A stretch of DNA of 64,000 bases from Torpedo marmorata (taxonomy: Eukaryota). Numbering within the stretch: position 1 is the first letter of the stretch; each line of letters starts with the position of its first letter. The stretch covers positions 79,794,001-79,858,000 of the forward strand of contig OZ360234.1 in NCBI GenBank assembly GCA_977017645.1, in the 5' to 3' direction. A program made the translations under genes and the position numbers. Below, piece after piece: positions 35,690 through 47,538 of the stretch. The notes beneath the pieces are model-generated. The model was not told where the DNA came from. It saw only the letters and a list, made by a program, of their open reading frames with translations, and did no database searches.

Positions 35690-36010
35690 CATTTTAATTG
35701 GGGACTCCAGGTGTATTGGCAATTCCACTTTGTTGACAAAGCAAATGCATTTGCAGGTAGCATTAATGCCCAAGTCCACATATATGTCTGAACATATTGA
35801 ATGGGAGGAGACAGCAATAGAATGAAATGTCAATAGCAGCCACCGCTGGGACCAGCTTCATGTTAATAATTTAATAGATTAAAGAGCATTACACTGAGTT
35901 AATATTTGGACAAAATAATGAGCCACTAAAGCAGCTATTTAATTTAATTTGATTTAAAACAGCAGGCAAAATATATAAATACAGGATTAGCAGCATAATC
36001 ATGTTATGTA
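35690..36010. promoter_or_regulatory. Candidate conserved enhancer (Sox/POU/homeodomain motifs)
   Basis: CTTTGTTGACAAAG abutting palindromic GCAAATGCATTTGC (35728-35754), ACAATAG-like site and dense TAAT cores at 35860-35955. Confidence 0.45.
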
Positions 36011-36944
36011 CGAGCTGGATAATTGTTTTGCTCCCCTGATACGAAGGACTTCTCATTTCGTGAGATACTCTTCCCTGTTATTGATTTTTAAACCTTTGAT
36101 TGTTCAAAAGCAGAGAAACTTGAATTTTTACAGCAGAAGATTACGAATACAGTTATCTCATAGCCAATGAAGTATTTTTGTGGTGTCACTGCCATTTACA
36201 GCTAATGTGCACTCAGGAAGTTCCCATCAACAACAAAATAGAGACAAGCTTTTTTTTAGTGATACAATAAATATCGACCTCTGTAAAGCAAAGCTGCTCT
36301 TCAAATATAATGTGCTGAAAATAGTAGGAGAACTTAAATTCTCCGTGATGCAGCTAGCTGTCATGCTAATTGATTTCCAGATATCTCAAGTTACTTTATT
36401 TCATCCCTTAACATGATGTATGTGTCCTGGGAAAAGCTGGCATTTGTTGCACCTCACTTATTGATCTTGAGAAGGTGATCGTGTGCTGCTTTCCTGCAGG
36501 ACTGCAGTCGATGAGATGAAGGGATTTGGGCAGGGGGGGAGTGAAGGAAATGTAATGTGATTCAAGTCAGGATGGTGTGTGACTTGAGAGAAAACCTGCA
36601 GGTGGTGGTGTTCCATTGCACCAGTTGCCCTTGTCCGTCTTGGAGGTGAAAGTTGTGGGTTTGGGAGGCGCTATTGAAGTAGCAGCAATAGAATGCTGGA
36701 AGGGGTTGTCACATTCTGCCCACTTCCTCTGCAATGGATGACAATACTTTGCCACAGAATAACTTGTCCTGCGGTTCAGTTCAGTCTCTGGTTAACTGTG
36801 ATACCCCAGCATATTAGTGATCGGAGAGTCAGTGATATTCATGTGAAGAAAGGTCATAGAGCAAATAAACAGGCCCTTTGGCCCATTCTTCCCCCTTCTG
36901 GCCATCAAGTACTGATATTCACTAATCCCATCTATCACACGGTC

Positions 36945-38208
36945 CATAGCCCTCTATGCCTGGTTGCATCACTGTTTGGTATGGAGGGGCCAATGCACAG
37001 GAACAGAAAAGGCTACAGAGGGTTGTGAACTCGGCCAGCGCCATCACTCCATCGAGGACATCTACAAGAGGTGGTGTCTCAAGAAAACAGCCTCCATCCT
37101 CAAGGACCCTCACCACCCAGGCCATGCCCTCTTCACACTGCTACCATCAGTAAGGACGTACAGGAGCCTGAAGACGAATAGCCAACAGTACAAAAACAGC
37201 TTCTTCCCATCCGCCATCAGATTTCTGAATGGACAATGATCCAAGATTCCTTGATTGTCATATAGTAAAAACAGTGTAATATTACACAAAATTTTCTTTT
37301 GTCTGCCATAAGGCAGACAGATTCCCCTTCAGCAGAAATTGCCTGGCTCCTCTTACAGTCAGAAAATGAGAAGCAAAAGAGAGTCTCCCCAGAGCCACCG
37401 AGTGACCGTGGATTCACCTCCAGCTCTCCCACAGCCTCCACAGCCACACAGTCTCCAGTCCAGACCATCAGCAACCCGAGCTCCAGATCCGAACCACTAA
37501 CATGATCAGGAAGCCCTCAGCGCCCTCGGCACCCTTTCACATCCCAGTTCCGATACCTGGTACCCCTTCAGCCAGTCTCCAGCAGTCTGCAGCCTTGTGT
37601 GTATCCTTTGACTGCGGTCTCCAGCAGTCCACAGCCTGCGTGGGTTCCTCGCTTTGAGTCGCTAACAGCCAGCCATCTGTATATTCCATAGCCACAGAAC
37701 CCCTTGCTGGTCTGCTGCCGTGGTCACTGTGTCGTGAGTCATCTCCTCTGCTTTTCATTCTCAAAAGGTGGGTGTTCTCCCTGTTTTCTGGTGCCCTGCA
37801 TCTGCTTCCCCAGACTCTGCAATCCCTCGTGGCTGCTGCCGAGCACAGGCGCCGCCATCTTGGGTCCAGACCCCGTGGTCACAGGAATTTAAATAAAACC
37901 ACCATCAGCTCCTTTAACAAGCTGTTTAAAGCCTGTACAGAGCCGATGGCAGTCGGACTGGGCGGTTGGACCCCACGGGGGAGCTCAGTGTCTCCGGTCC
38001 CTGCTCTCCGCGGGTGCACTCCAGTGGCAGCGCTGCCATTACAACAGCTCCAGCAGTGCCCCCATTTTAAGACACTACCTCACTTTTCACTTCTTTTGCA
38101 CTAATTTATTTATTTAAAAATGTAATTTATAGCAATTTGTGCACCTGTAATGCTGCCGTAAAACAACGAATTTCGTGACACATGTTCATGCAAATAATTT
38201 CTGATTCT
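36945..38208 (+). mobile_element. Rex1-like LINE 3' fragment (36945-37246 and 38069-38208) split by a GC-rich element
   Basis: GCITVWYG...LKDPHHPGHALFTLLPS...NSFFPSAIRFLN; the 3'UTR resumes AAGACACTACCTCAC, as in the uninterrupted copy at ~55636. Confidence 0.8.
37247..38068 (-). mobile_element. Full-length, older copy of ~800-bp GC-rich non-autonomous retroelement
   Basis: Colinear with 5749-6565 and the reverse complement of 48566-49381; AAGA on both flanks. Confidence 0.85.
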
Positions 38209-39094
38209 GCCTTGGCAATTTAAGTGCTTGTCTACTTTGTGGTTAGTCTCTTGTTGGAGGGGGTCATCATCTGGAAATTGTATTTCCCAAATCATGTCTA
38301 AATACTATCAAGGGCTGTGCTGTGCACAGACATGGACTGATTGATTCCTTAGAAGATATAATCATCAGTGAACATTGCCATTGACCCTGATGAAAGGAGT
38401 TACTCATTAGAGGCTGATTGTGGGCCTAGGATACTATCTGAAGAAACTCCTATCCTGGTGCTGACCTCCAACAACACAACATCCTCCTTTGGTGTTAGAT
38501 ATGACTTTAGCTTTGGGGGAATCTTGCCCCGTAGCTCCCATTGACACAGTTAGACCCAGTCTGGTGGGCCAAGTGGTCACCTCCTGTGAGATTCGTATGA
38601 TCAAGATCTCCTGATTTAGAGTTAATGTACCTGAAATAATAACACTCCACTCTCACCCACAGGTTTGATTCCAGGTTTGGAACTAATTACATAAGAGTTG
38701 CTGGCCATGTAAGAGGGAGAATGAGCTTGAATAATTTGCTCTGAGAACCAGCATAGACTGGGCCAAATGGACTCCTTTATTGTTAAAAATTGTGAAATAT
38801 GAGAAAACATATTCAACTCCAGCGCAAGGTCTTTACCTTAAATGAAAATTTACATTGTGTGTTATAGCAGGGAAAAATCAACTTATTTTATTTGTAGAAA
38901 TACATTACAGAGCTACGAATTGCAGAGGAGCAAGGAGGTTATTCAACCCTTTGGTCACTCAATTAAATTTGTACCTCAATATTATTCACATATATTTGAT
39001 CCAGTTTCTTGAATGGCAAAGAAATTATCAGTCTCAATCTTGGAGACTTTAATTGATTCACATCAGCCTTGGATTGAAGTGAGAGATCTTTTGA

Positions 39095-39385
39095 AGAAGA
39101 AAGCGATCTGCTGGAGGAAGTCAATGGGTCGAGCAGCATCAGTGGGAGAAAAAGAATGGTCGATGTTTCGGGTCAAAACCCTTCATCGAGACTGAGAATG
39201 AAGAGGGGAGGTGGCCAGTCTAATGAGGACAGGGTGGGAGGGGTTAGAGAGAAGGATTGGTGAACCAAGGAGAGGTGAAGGATGATGGAGGGTGGGGTGT
39301 AAATCAAGGTGCCAGATAAAGGGAGAGGAGTGGCAAGAGAAATCAAGGGGTGGGGGGAAATCAGGTGGAGGAAGATGAATCATAG
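39095..39385 (-). mobile_element. Penelope terminal remnant with purine-rich tract
   Basis: CTGCTGGAGGAAGTCAATGGGTCGAGCAGCATC...GATGTTTCGGGTCAAAACCCTTCATCGAGAC. Confidence 0.65.
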
Positions 39386-40115
39386 ATTCTTCTGGAGTTC
39401 TACTGAATCCTGTAATTTAAATAAATAACAAGAAAGAGCACTGATATTCAAAATCTCAACTTTCAAAAGTAGAAAATAGTGGAAGAATTGAACAGGCCAG
39501 TTAGTTTTTCTGACCTGGAAATTTGGCACCCAGCTGCAGGGGTGGCACTACAGTAACTCCACCTAGTGAAAGACTTAAACCTGATTGCCTAATTATGCTT
39601 GAGATGCTGGCTGACCTCTGTACGTTCCAACGTTCTCCTCCTTTATTTTTTGTTCTCCTGTCAATTTGCCAAGTGATATTTCCCATGTAATTTTTGTTGA
39701 GCTCTTAAACAATTTCCCCTCAAACCACATGCATAATCTGAACATTTTCTAAACAGTTCTTCTGAAGGGCAGGATCTTGTTAGTTCAAAGTATTGCATGA
39801 GCTCTTGTCAGGCTTTCAGTTCTCCTGGGAAGGTATCTACTCAAGTGATTATCTCACATTTCATACAGCATGTACACATTTTTTTCTGCCTTATTCCATA
39901 AACTTGCATTTTTGTAGCACCTTTTACTAATGGAAAAGTCTTCCCACAGGTGTTTCCCAGGAGCAAGTTCAAATGAAATTTGATGTCATACTGCACAAGG
40001 AGATATTAGGATAAAAAACTACAGACTTGGCTTTACAGAGTACCAAGGTGGAAAGCAAGGTAGAGAGATTTGGAGAGGGAATTTCAAAGCTTAACACCTT
40101 AGCAGATGAAGACAA

Positions 40116-40741
40116 ACCCTTTATATATGGTGCAACCCTGCATTAAAGCCGGCTCAAGGTTTAAAAAAAAAAGGTGAAATTACCTTTTATGGTGACGACC
40201 TATATGGCGTATCCAGCGTTGCCTTTATGCTGAACTGCGTCGATAGCCGGCTTCCCGAGCTGAGGGAGGCGGGGCGAGTGATGCAGTAGCGCCGCCCGCC
40301 ACCATGACGTCAAACGTACGCGCCGAGAAGGAAAAGCGGACTATACCCAAAAATGGCGACCGAAGAGCAGGTAAGAGCGCTGGTGGAGATCTGTGCAGGC
40401 AGTCTTAGGACTCAGGCAGATCTCCTGCGCAGCGTAATAGCCTCTATTAACCATAAGGGTTTTTAAAAATTCGCGCTCCTGGGTCGCGGGCTGACGACAT
40501 CATCAGCCCTCCCCTTTGTAGCCGATTTCAGTGGCATTCGTTTTATGGAGGAGGTGGAGCGATTCACTCCACCTCTGTGTGTACCCCCCCAGGCAGATCG
40601 GAGTTCGACTGGCCAATCCGCCATCGGACCTTTTATAGAGGTAAGTGAAGCGACTTAAAGACAGAAATGTTCTGTCTTTACAATCGCTTTTTTTGCACTA
40701 TAAAAGGGCAACTATAACAATAAAGCCCTTTTATAGTGCAA
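40116..40741. mobile_element. CpG-rich TIR-bounded element, possibly a PIF/Harbinger-type MITE
   Basis: Left end ACCCTTTATATATGGTGCAA; right end TTGCACTATAAAAGGGC (40693-40709), followed by its perfect inverse GCCCTTTTATAGTGCAA (40725-40741). Interior rich in CpG. Confidence 0.5.
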
Positions 40742-40856
40742 GAAACCAAACTTGAAGTGCATGTTAGGCCATGAAAATTTCTGTGCAGGAGGAGGATATA
40801 GAGAAAGATGGCATGACACTGTGGCGATTTGAAAAAGAGGACAAGAATGTTCAAAT

Positions 40857-43800
40857 TTGAAAGATTTAAATTTAATAGATATTTGGAGGAAACTGAATCC
40901 TAGAGAAAAAGATTATTCTTTTTATTCTTTTAGACATGATTCATATTCTAGGATAGATTTATTTTTATTATCTTCACAGGTTCAAAATAGAATAACGCAA
41001 GCATCTTATAAAGCGAGAATAATTTCTGATCATTCACCTTTATTAATATCTTGTATAATTCCGGAAAAAGAAAAAACTGTATATAGTTGGAGATTTAATT
41101 CTTCTTTATTAAAAAGAAAAGATTTCTGTGATTATATGAGAAGGGAAATTCAGGAATTTTTACAAATAAATTCTAATTCTACTGATAATAAATTTATTAT
41201 TTGGGAAGCTTTAAAAGCTTATTTAAGAGGTCAAATAATAAGTTATTCAGCAAAAATTAAGAAAGATTATCTTAGGGAAGTAGAAAATTTAGAGAAGGAG
41301 ATTGAGTGTTTAGAAAAAGATTTACAAAAAAACAGATCAGTTCAAAAAAGGAATAATTTAATTGGGAAGAAATTACATTATAATCTATTACAAACATATA
41401 AAATGGAAAAATTAATTGAAAGAACTAAACAAAGATACTATGAGTTAGGGGAAAGAGCTCATAAAGTTTTGGCATGGCAATTAAAAAAATATCAAACTTC
41501 TAGAACTATAAATGCCATAAGGAAAAAGAATTCTAGAGAAATAACTTATAAACCTCGAGAAATAAATGATTCTTTTAAAGATTATTATTTGAATTTATAT
41601 AAATCTCAGATTGATCAAGATGATTCTAAAATTACTAGATTTTTATCTAAAATTATATTACCTAAATTAAATACCCAAAGTAGAGAATCTTTAGATTTAC
41701 CTTTCTCAATGAGGGAAGTTAATGAAGTTCTTACTTCTTTAAAGAGTGGTAAATCTCCAGGTGAAGATGGATTTCCATCAGAATTTTACAAAGAGTTTAA
41801 AGATTTATTAATACCTCCGTATATGGATGTATTGAATCAAGTTACGGAAACCCGCTCATTACCAGATACTTTCTTAAATGCAATAATTACAGTTATACCA
41901 AAAAAAGATAGAGATGTATTGAAAACTGAATCATATAGACCTATTTCATTGTTAAATGTAGATTATAAGATAATGGCAACAATTTTAGCAAATAGAATGG
42001 CTAATTATTTACCAGATTTAATTCATGTAGATGAAGCTGGTTTTATTAAAAATAGATATTCAAAAGAAAATATAGCTAGATTAATTAGTTTAATTAATCT
42101 ACATAAAAAGAAGGAAGATTTACCATCAGTTTTAACTTTAGACGCCGAAAAGGCTTTTGATAGATTAGAGTGGAATTTTTTATTTAAGCTATTGGAGAAA
42201 TTTGGTTTTGGAAGTACATTTATTAATTGGATTAAAACTATATATAAAGAACCATCTGCTAAAGTAGTTACAAATGGACAAATTTCTTCAAAATTTCCTT
42301 TGACTCGATCTACTAGACAAGGATGTCCTTTGTCACCAGCGTTATTTATTTTGGCGATAGAACCTTTGGCAGAATTAGTTAGAAAAGATCCTAAAATAGT
42401 TGGTATTAAAGTTGGAATGGAAGAACATAAAATTAGTTTATTTGCAGATGATGTATTGATATATATGACAAAATCTACGACATCCTTAGTACAATTGTCT
42501 GTGTTATTGAGAGAATATGGGGAAATATCTGGATATAAAATTAATTCTGATAAAAGTGAAATTATGGCATTATCACAAGGGGATTATAGTAGATGTAAAG
42601 AAATTACACAATTTAAATGGGCAAAGGAAGGAATTAAATATTTGGGAATAAGGGTTGACACAAAATTGGCTAATTTATACAAATTAAATTATTTACCATT
42701 ATTTGTGAAAATAAAGAAAGATTTAGAAAATTGGAAAGATTTACCTATAACTTTAATGGGAAGAGTAAATTGTATTAAAATGAATGTTTTTCCAAGAATT
42801 CAATATCTTTTTCAATCAATTCCTTATGAAATTCCTCAAAATTTTAAAAAAGATTTAAATTCAATTATTAGAAATTTTTTATGGAAAGGAAAGTTAGCAA
42901 GAGTAGGTATGGAAAAACTAACTTGGAATTATGAAATGGGTGGTTTACAACTTCCTAATTTCCAAAATTATTATAAAGCAGCTCAATTAAAATTTGTTAA
43001 TGAATTTTTTGATTTAACTAAATCTTCTGCTTGGATTAAAATAGAATTAAATAATATAGGAGAAGATTCCAAAGAAGAAGTTATTTATAAATGGGATTCT
43101 AAATTAATATCAACAAGAAAGAAAAATTCTCCTATTCTTAAACATTTGTTAGAAATATGGAATAAGACGAATAAGGAATTAGGAGGAAAAGGATTGATTT
43201 ATTCAAGGATGCCTTTATATCAAAATGGACTTATTCCATTTACTATTAAAAATCAATTATTTAAAATTTGGTTTCAAAAAGGAATTAAGAAAATTAATGA
43301 TTGTTTTGAAGATGGGAAATTTATTACTTTTCAAAGAATGAAAGATAAATTTAATATATTAGATAATACACTTTTTGCTTATTATCAAATTAGAGCTTTT
43401 CTGACTGAGAAATTAGGTTATGCTTTGATTTTACCAAGACAGAATGAATTAGAATTATTAGTTACTAAAGGAGATGTCAATAAATTTATTTCTCAAATGT
43501 ATAAATTGTTTCAGAGGAAAATTCCTAAAGTAGGAATTCATAAATCAAGATTAAAATGGGAATTAGATTTGAATGTAATAATAGATGAAAATCATTGGAA
43601 AGAATTATGTAAATTAAGTATGACGAAGATTATTAATGTTAGATATAGATTAGTACAATACAATTTTTTTCATCAATTATATTTAACACCTAAAAAACTA
43701 AAGAAATTTAATCCGACATTATCAGGTTTATGTTTTCGATGTAATAAAGAGGAAGGTTCTTTTGTACATTCTACATGGTTTTGTCCAAAAGTTTATGATT

Positions 43801-44135
43801 TTTGGTTGATAGTTAAAATTTTTTTAGATAAAGTATTTAAGATTATATTTCCAATGGATCCTATGATATTTTTGTTCGGAGATATTAGAAAATTTAGTAT
43901 TAAGATGAAATTAAACATGTATCAAATAGAATTTTTGCGAATTGCTTTAGCTGTTTCAAAGAAATGTATTGCTATTACTTGGAAATCTGATTTAGATTTA
44001 GGATTAGAAAGATGGCATGCAGAACTTCGTTCGTGTATACCACTTGAAAAAATTACTTATAATTTACGTAATAAATATAATTTTTTCTTAAAAATTTGGA
44101 GCCCATATATGAACGTTGTTGGTTTAAAGATTTGA
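40857..44135 (+). CDS. L1 ORF2 (partial APE endonuclease, reverse transcriptase, CCHC knuckle), N-terminally truncated
   Basis: SRIDLFL/SDHSPL endonuclease end, KSPGEDG, YRPISLLNVDYKI, DAEKAFD, RQGCPLSP, LFADD, IKYLGI, CFRC...HSTWFC. The TTG 'start' spans the insertion junction and is not the native start. Confidence 0.92.
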   Translation: MKDLNLIDIWRKLNPREKDYSFYSFRHDSYSRIDLFLLSSQVQNRITQASYKARIISDHSPLLISCIIPEKEKTVYSWRFNSSLLKRKDFCDYMRREIQEFLQINSNSTDNKFIIWEALKAYLRGQIISYSAKIKKDYLREVENLEKEIECLEKDLQKNRSVQKRNNLIGKKLHYNLLQTYKMEKLIERTKQRYYELGERAHKVLAWQLKKYQTSRTINAIRKKNSREITYKPREINDSFKDYYLNLYKSQIDQDDSKITRFLSKIILPKLNTQSRESLDLPFSMREVNEVLTSLKSGKSPGEDGFPSEFYKEFKDLLIPPYMDVLNQVTETRSLPDTFLNAIITVIPKKDRDVLKTESYRPISLLNVDYKIMATILANRMANYLPDLIHVDEAGFIKNRYSKENIARLISLINLHKKKEDLPSVLTLDAEKAFDRLEWNFLFKLLEKFGFGSTFINWIKTIYKEPSAKVVTNGQISSKFPLTRSTRQGCPLSPALFILAIEPLAELVRKDPKIVGIKVGMEEHKISLFADDVLIYMTKSTTSLVQLSVLLREYGEISGYKINSDKSEIMALSQGDYSRCKEITQFKWAKEGIKYLGIRVDTKLANLYKLNYLPLFVKIKKDLENWKDLPITLMGRVNCIKMNVFPRIQYLFQSIPYEIPQNFKKDLNSIIRNFLWKGKLARVGMEKLTWNYEMGGLQLPNFQNYYKAAQLKFVNEFFDLTKSSAWIKIELNNIGEDSKEEVIYKWDSKLISTRKKNSPILKHLLEIWNKTNKELGGKGLIYSRMPLYQNGLIPFTIKNQLFKIWFQKGIKKINDCFEDGKFITFQRMKDKFNILDNTLFAYYQIRAFLTEKLGYALILPRQNELELLVTKGDVNKFISQMYKLFQRKIPKVGIHKSRLKWELDLNVIIDENHWKELCKLSMTKIINVRYRLVQYNFFHQLYLTPKKLKKFNPTLSGLCFRCNKEEGSFVHSTWFCPKVYDFWLIVKIFLDKVFKIIFPMDPMIFLFGDIRKFSIKMKLNMYQIEFLRIALAVSKKCIAITWKSDLDLGLERWHAELRSCIPLEKITYNLRNKYNFFLKIWSPYMNVVGLKI

Positions 44136-44433
44136 AGATCTCTGGGCATCGGATCTACTGGCATACCTGACCCCCATAATAGAATTAGTTTATAGATGTA
44201 TGTTTTTTTAGATTGGCATTCTCCTTACTCTATCTTTTTCTTTCTTCTTTTTTTTTCTCTTTTTCTATTTTTATTTTCTATTTTTTTTTTTATTAGATTA
44301 GTGGGGTTGGGAGGGTTTGGGAGGGGAGGGTGGGAGCGGAGGTGAAAATGTATCACAAATATTTTGATAATTTCATATTTTATTTTATGTATTTTGTGAT
44401 TTAAAAATTTTAAATAAAATATTTTTTAAAAAA
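40858..44433 (+). mobile_element. Young 5'-truncated L1-clade LINE with 15-bp TSD
   Basis: AAGAATGTTCAAATT at 40843-40857 and 44434-44448; T-rich and G-rich 3'UTR, AATAAA and A-tail. Confidence 0.95.
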
Positions 44434-46834
44434 AAGAATGTTCAAATTAAGGCAATGCTGCTCTGACGTCAAGTCTTCAGCCGAAGACTATCCTGTTTCC
44501 TGTGGGGTTGCATGCGTCAATGGTTAGCATGACCTGATGTTATCTTGAAAGAGTACTGGACGTTATTGATATGGACCAAAGTCTTAAGAGTGGACCAGTT
44601 GAAAAGTCTTGATTTCCAAAACAAAATCCATCTTCATTTCCCTATTTAGAAAAGTTTAGAAACTGCTTTATTTCTTTGAATACTTTTTGTTATTATTATT
44701 TCCTTCCCATATGGACTAAAACAATTCTGAACCGGTAGAGTCAAGAAAATGTCCAAATAATTGTTCTCAGATTATTGCCAAAAGAAAAAGTGGGAACAGG
44801 AAGGGAACAATGGGAAAGTCAGGAAAGAGAATGAAAAGTGGAGTAATTATAGCGATGGGTCGAAGAAGGGGACTGCTACGATAAATACCTCAACAAAAAT
44901 AAAATAATCAATCAAATTAAATATTAGGTATCCATCATTGGGAAGGAAACAAAGTCTCAATTGAAGTACTGTGGAGTGTTGCAATGCAAATGGCTTACTA
45001 GGAAGGCAGAGATCAGAACTATTTGCATCTTCATGGTTCCATTAATTCTTTTTAATAACACGACTACTCACTGTTCAGCTGATGTCAAGCAGTGTTAAAT
45101 TTGCATGTTAAATTTAAATTGGTTATGACTACGTGATCTTCAGTGTTAGAAAAATTAGAGGATTAAATATGCTGTGTTATGACAGTAAATTGGAAAGGAA
45201 TAGACTGCAGTTAATGTTGCATCTTAAAATAAATGGATGGGGATATGAAGCAAATGATGAATGAGTCTGTTTCCAGTTCTCCAGCTGCCGTGTATATGTT
45301 CTTCACTCTTTAATTTTGCAGGTCATCTTCAGATTTCATGAAATAAAGTGACACCCAGTCTTTTTCAGTGCTTAGTGAGTATCTGAAACGTAACTTGTAA
45401 ATAGAACATTGCCATTTTCAGTTGATACTCTCATTTCAAGGAATTATTAACATTCGACATAAAATTTTGCTTGAGAGATTTAAAAAAAATTTCCATTGAG
45501 TAAAATAACTGAACATATGAGAAACGTAACTGTCTCATTACAATAATACTTTAATGAAAATAAAACCATCCGTGTTAGATATGGAGTGCAAGCGCCATAG
45601 TGTATGGAAAATTCTACAATGTCTGTGCATGCACAACAAAAATAATTTTTATTTGTGTAGCAATTTTAACAGAAAAAAAGATTAATGCTCCTTCAGAACC
45701 CTAACTGAGAAAATCAGAGCAGAGCTAAAGAAAATGCCAAAACCCTTTGTTAAAGAGATTTTAAGGAGGGGAACCCGGAGAAGTCCAGTTTGTCTTGATC
45801 CACCACACCACCTCTCTCATGGTGTCCAATCAGCACTATCATCACATTAGATTAATATTCATTTCTTTGAGGTTCAGAATGATAGAATCATTAGCTTGCA
45901 ATTTAAAAATTATAATAAAGAAATCTCATGAATGTCAAAATTATTTGGATTTGTAATGCATTAATAAATCATTTTGTTTAAAATTAAATAGCCAATATAA
46001 TATCAAATCCTAGAACTTCACAAGACTGAGAGGTCCACTAGACTTGTGATGTAAAATGCAAAGGGGTAGATTCTGAATTCTGACAAAGCTGTGTGATACC
46101 GGTAGGTATTGGTGAGTTCAAAACTCTCCATTTTAAAATCTATTGATTTCCATTGTTTTACAGCATTATGAAAAATTGGGCTCTTTTACGATGGTTCTCT
46201 TTCAATGGAAGAATTATACTTTAATAAACACCCATTTCTGAAAAACTGGAACACAACCTTTTCTGTTGTGCAAACTTGTAGTTTTACACACTGAGCTGCC
46301 TTTTATTTTTATGTCCCAGTAATATTTTGCTCCCAAACAATTCTCCATAATAACTGTTAAAATAATTGAATTCAGTGTCAATGCAATGCTGATATTGTTT
46401 GTGTAAATCAATGTGAGCAACAACTTACATTTTTAGACAACCCTAAAAAATCACGATATTTTAAGGACACGAATCCTCCTAAGGTATGCAAGGATGTGGG
46501 CAAAAACTTAGACAAAGTGTTATTTTTCTCAGTGACATGAAGGCAGAGTGAGTGTCAGATCTGATAGTCCTCACATGGCCATCAGTTGTGGAGGAGAAGT
46601 GCTGTTTTACTTTTAGTAGAAGCACACCATAATGTGTTATTACTAGAGTACAAGGAGTATGGCTTCAAACTTCTGAAAATACAGGCCAACGCTGATGGTG
46701 TTTGCTCTGTGTCCAATACTTGTCTTTTGTCAATGGGTTTGTACCAATTTCCATTTTCCTCATGGCTGTTGACAATCTTGTGCTCTAAGCACTTTATTAA
46801 AGTCATTCGATGTTAGGATCTGTATGTTACTGGA

Positions 46835-47538
46835 CAATCTTGGGGCCCGTGTCCATAGGACACTCAAAGCTGCTGCACATGTTGATCGTGTTGTTAAGAA
46901 GGCGTATGGTATGTTAACCATTAACATGCCATACGCCTTCATTAACCATGGGATTGAGTTCAAAAGTCATGAGGTAATGTTAGAGCTATATAAGACCGTA
47001 GTTAAATCCCACTTGGAACATTGTGTTTAGTTATGGTCACCTTACAATAGGAAGGATGTGCATGCTATAGAGAGGGTGTAGAGAAGATTTACAAGGATGC
47101 TGCCTGGATTGGAGAGCATGCCTTTTGAGTGAACTTGGTCTTTTCTCCTTGGAGCGACAGAGGATCAGGGGTGCCTTGATAGAGGTGTACAAGATGATGA
47201 GAACCATTGATCGTGTGAATGGCCAGAGGCTTTTTCCCAGGGCTGAAATGGCTAACACAATGGGGCATCCTTTTAAGGTGCTTGGGAGCTGGTGCAGGGC
47301 AGATGTTGGAGGTCAGCTTTTCACACAGAGTGGTGGGTGCACGAAAGGTGCTGCCAGTAACAGTGGTGGAGGCAGGTGCAATAGGATCTTTTAAGAGACT
47401 ATTAGATAGGTACGTGGAACTGAGAAAAATGGAAGGTTATGCAGTGGGGAAATTCTAGACAGTTGTTAGAGTAGATTATTAGGTCGGCACAACATTTTGG
47501 GCTGAAGGGCCTGTACTGTGCTGTACATTTCTATGTTC
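46835..47538 (+). mobile_element. CR1 LINE 3' fragment
   Basis: KAAAHVDRVVKKAYGML...SHLEHCV; LGLFSLERQRIRGALIEVYK; CR1 tail. Confidence 0.88.
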
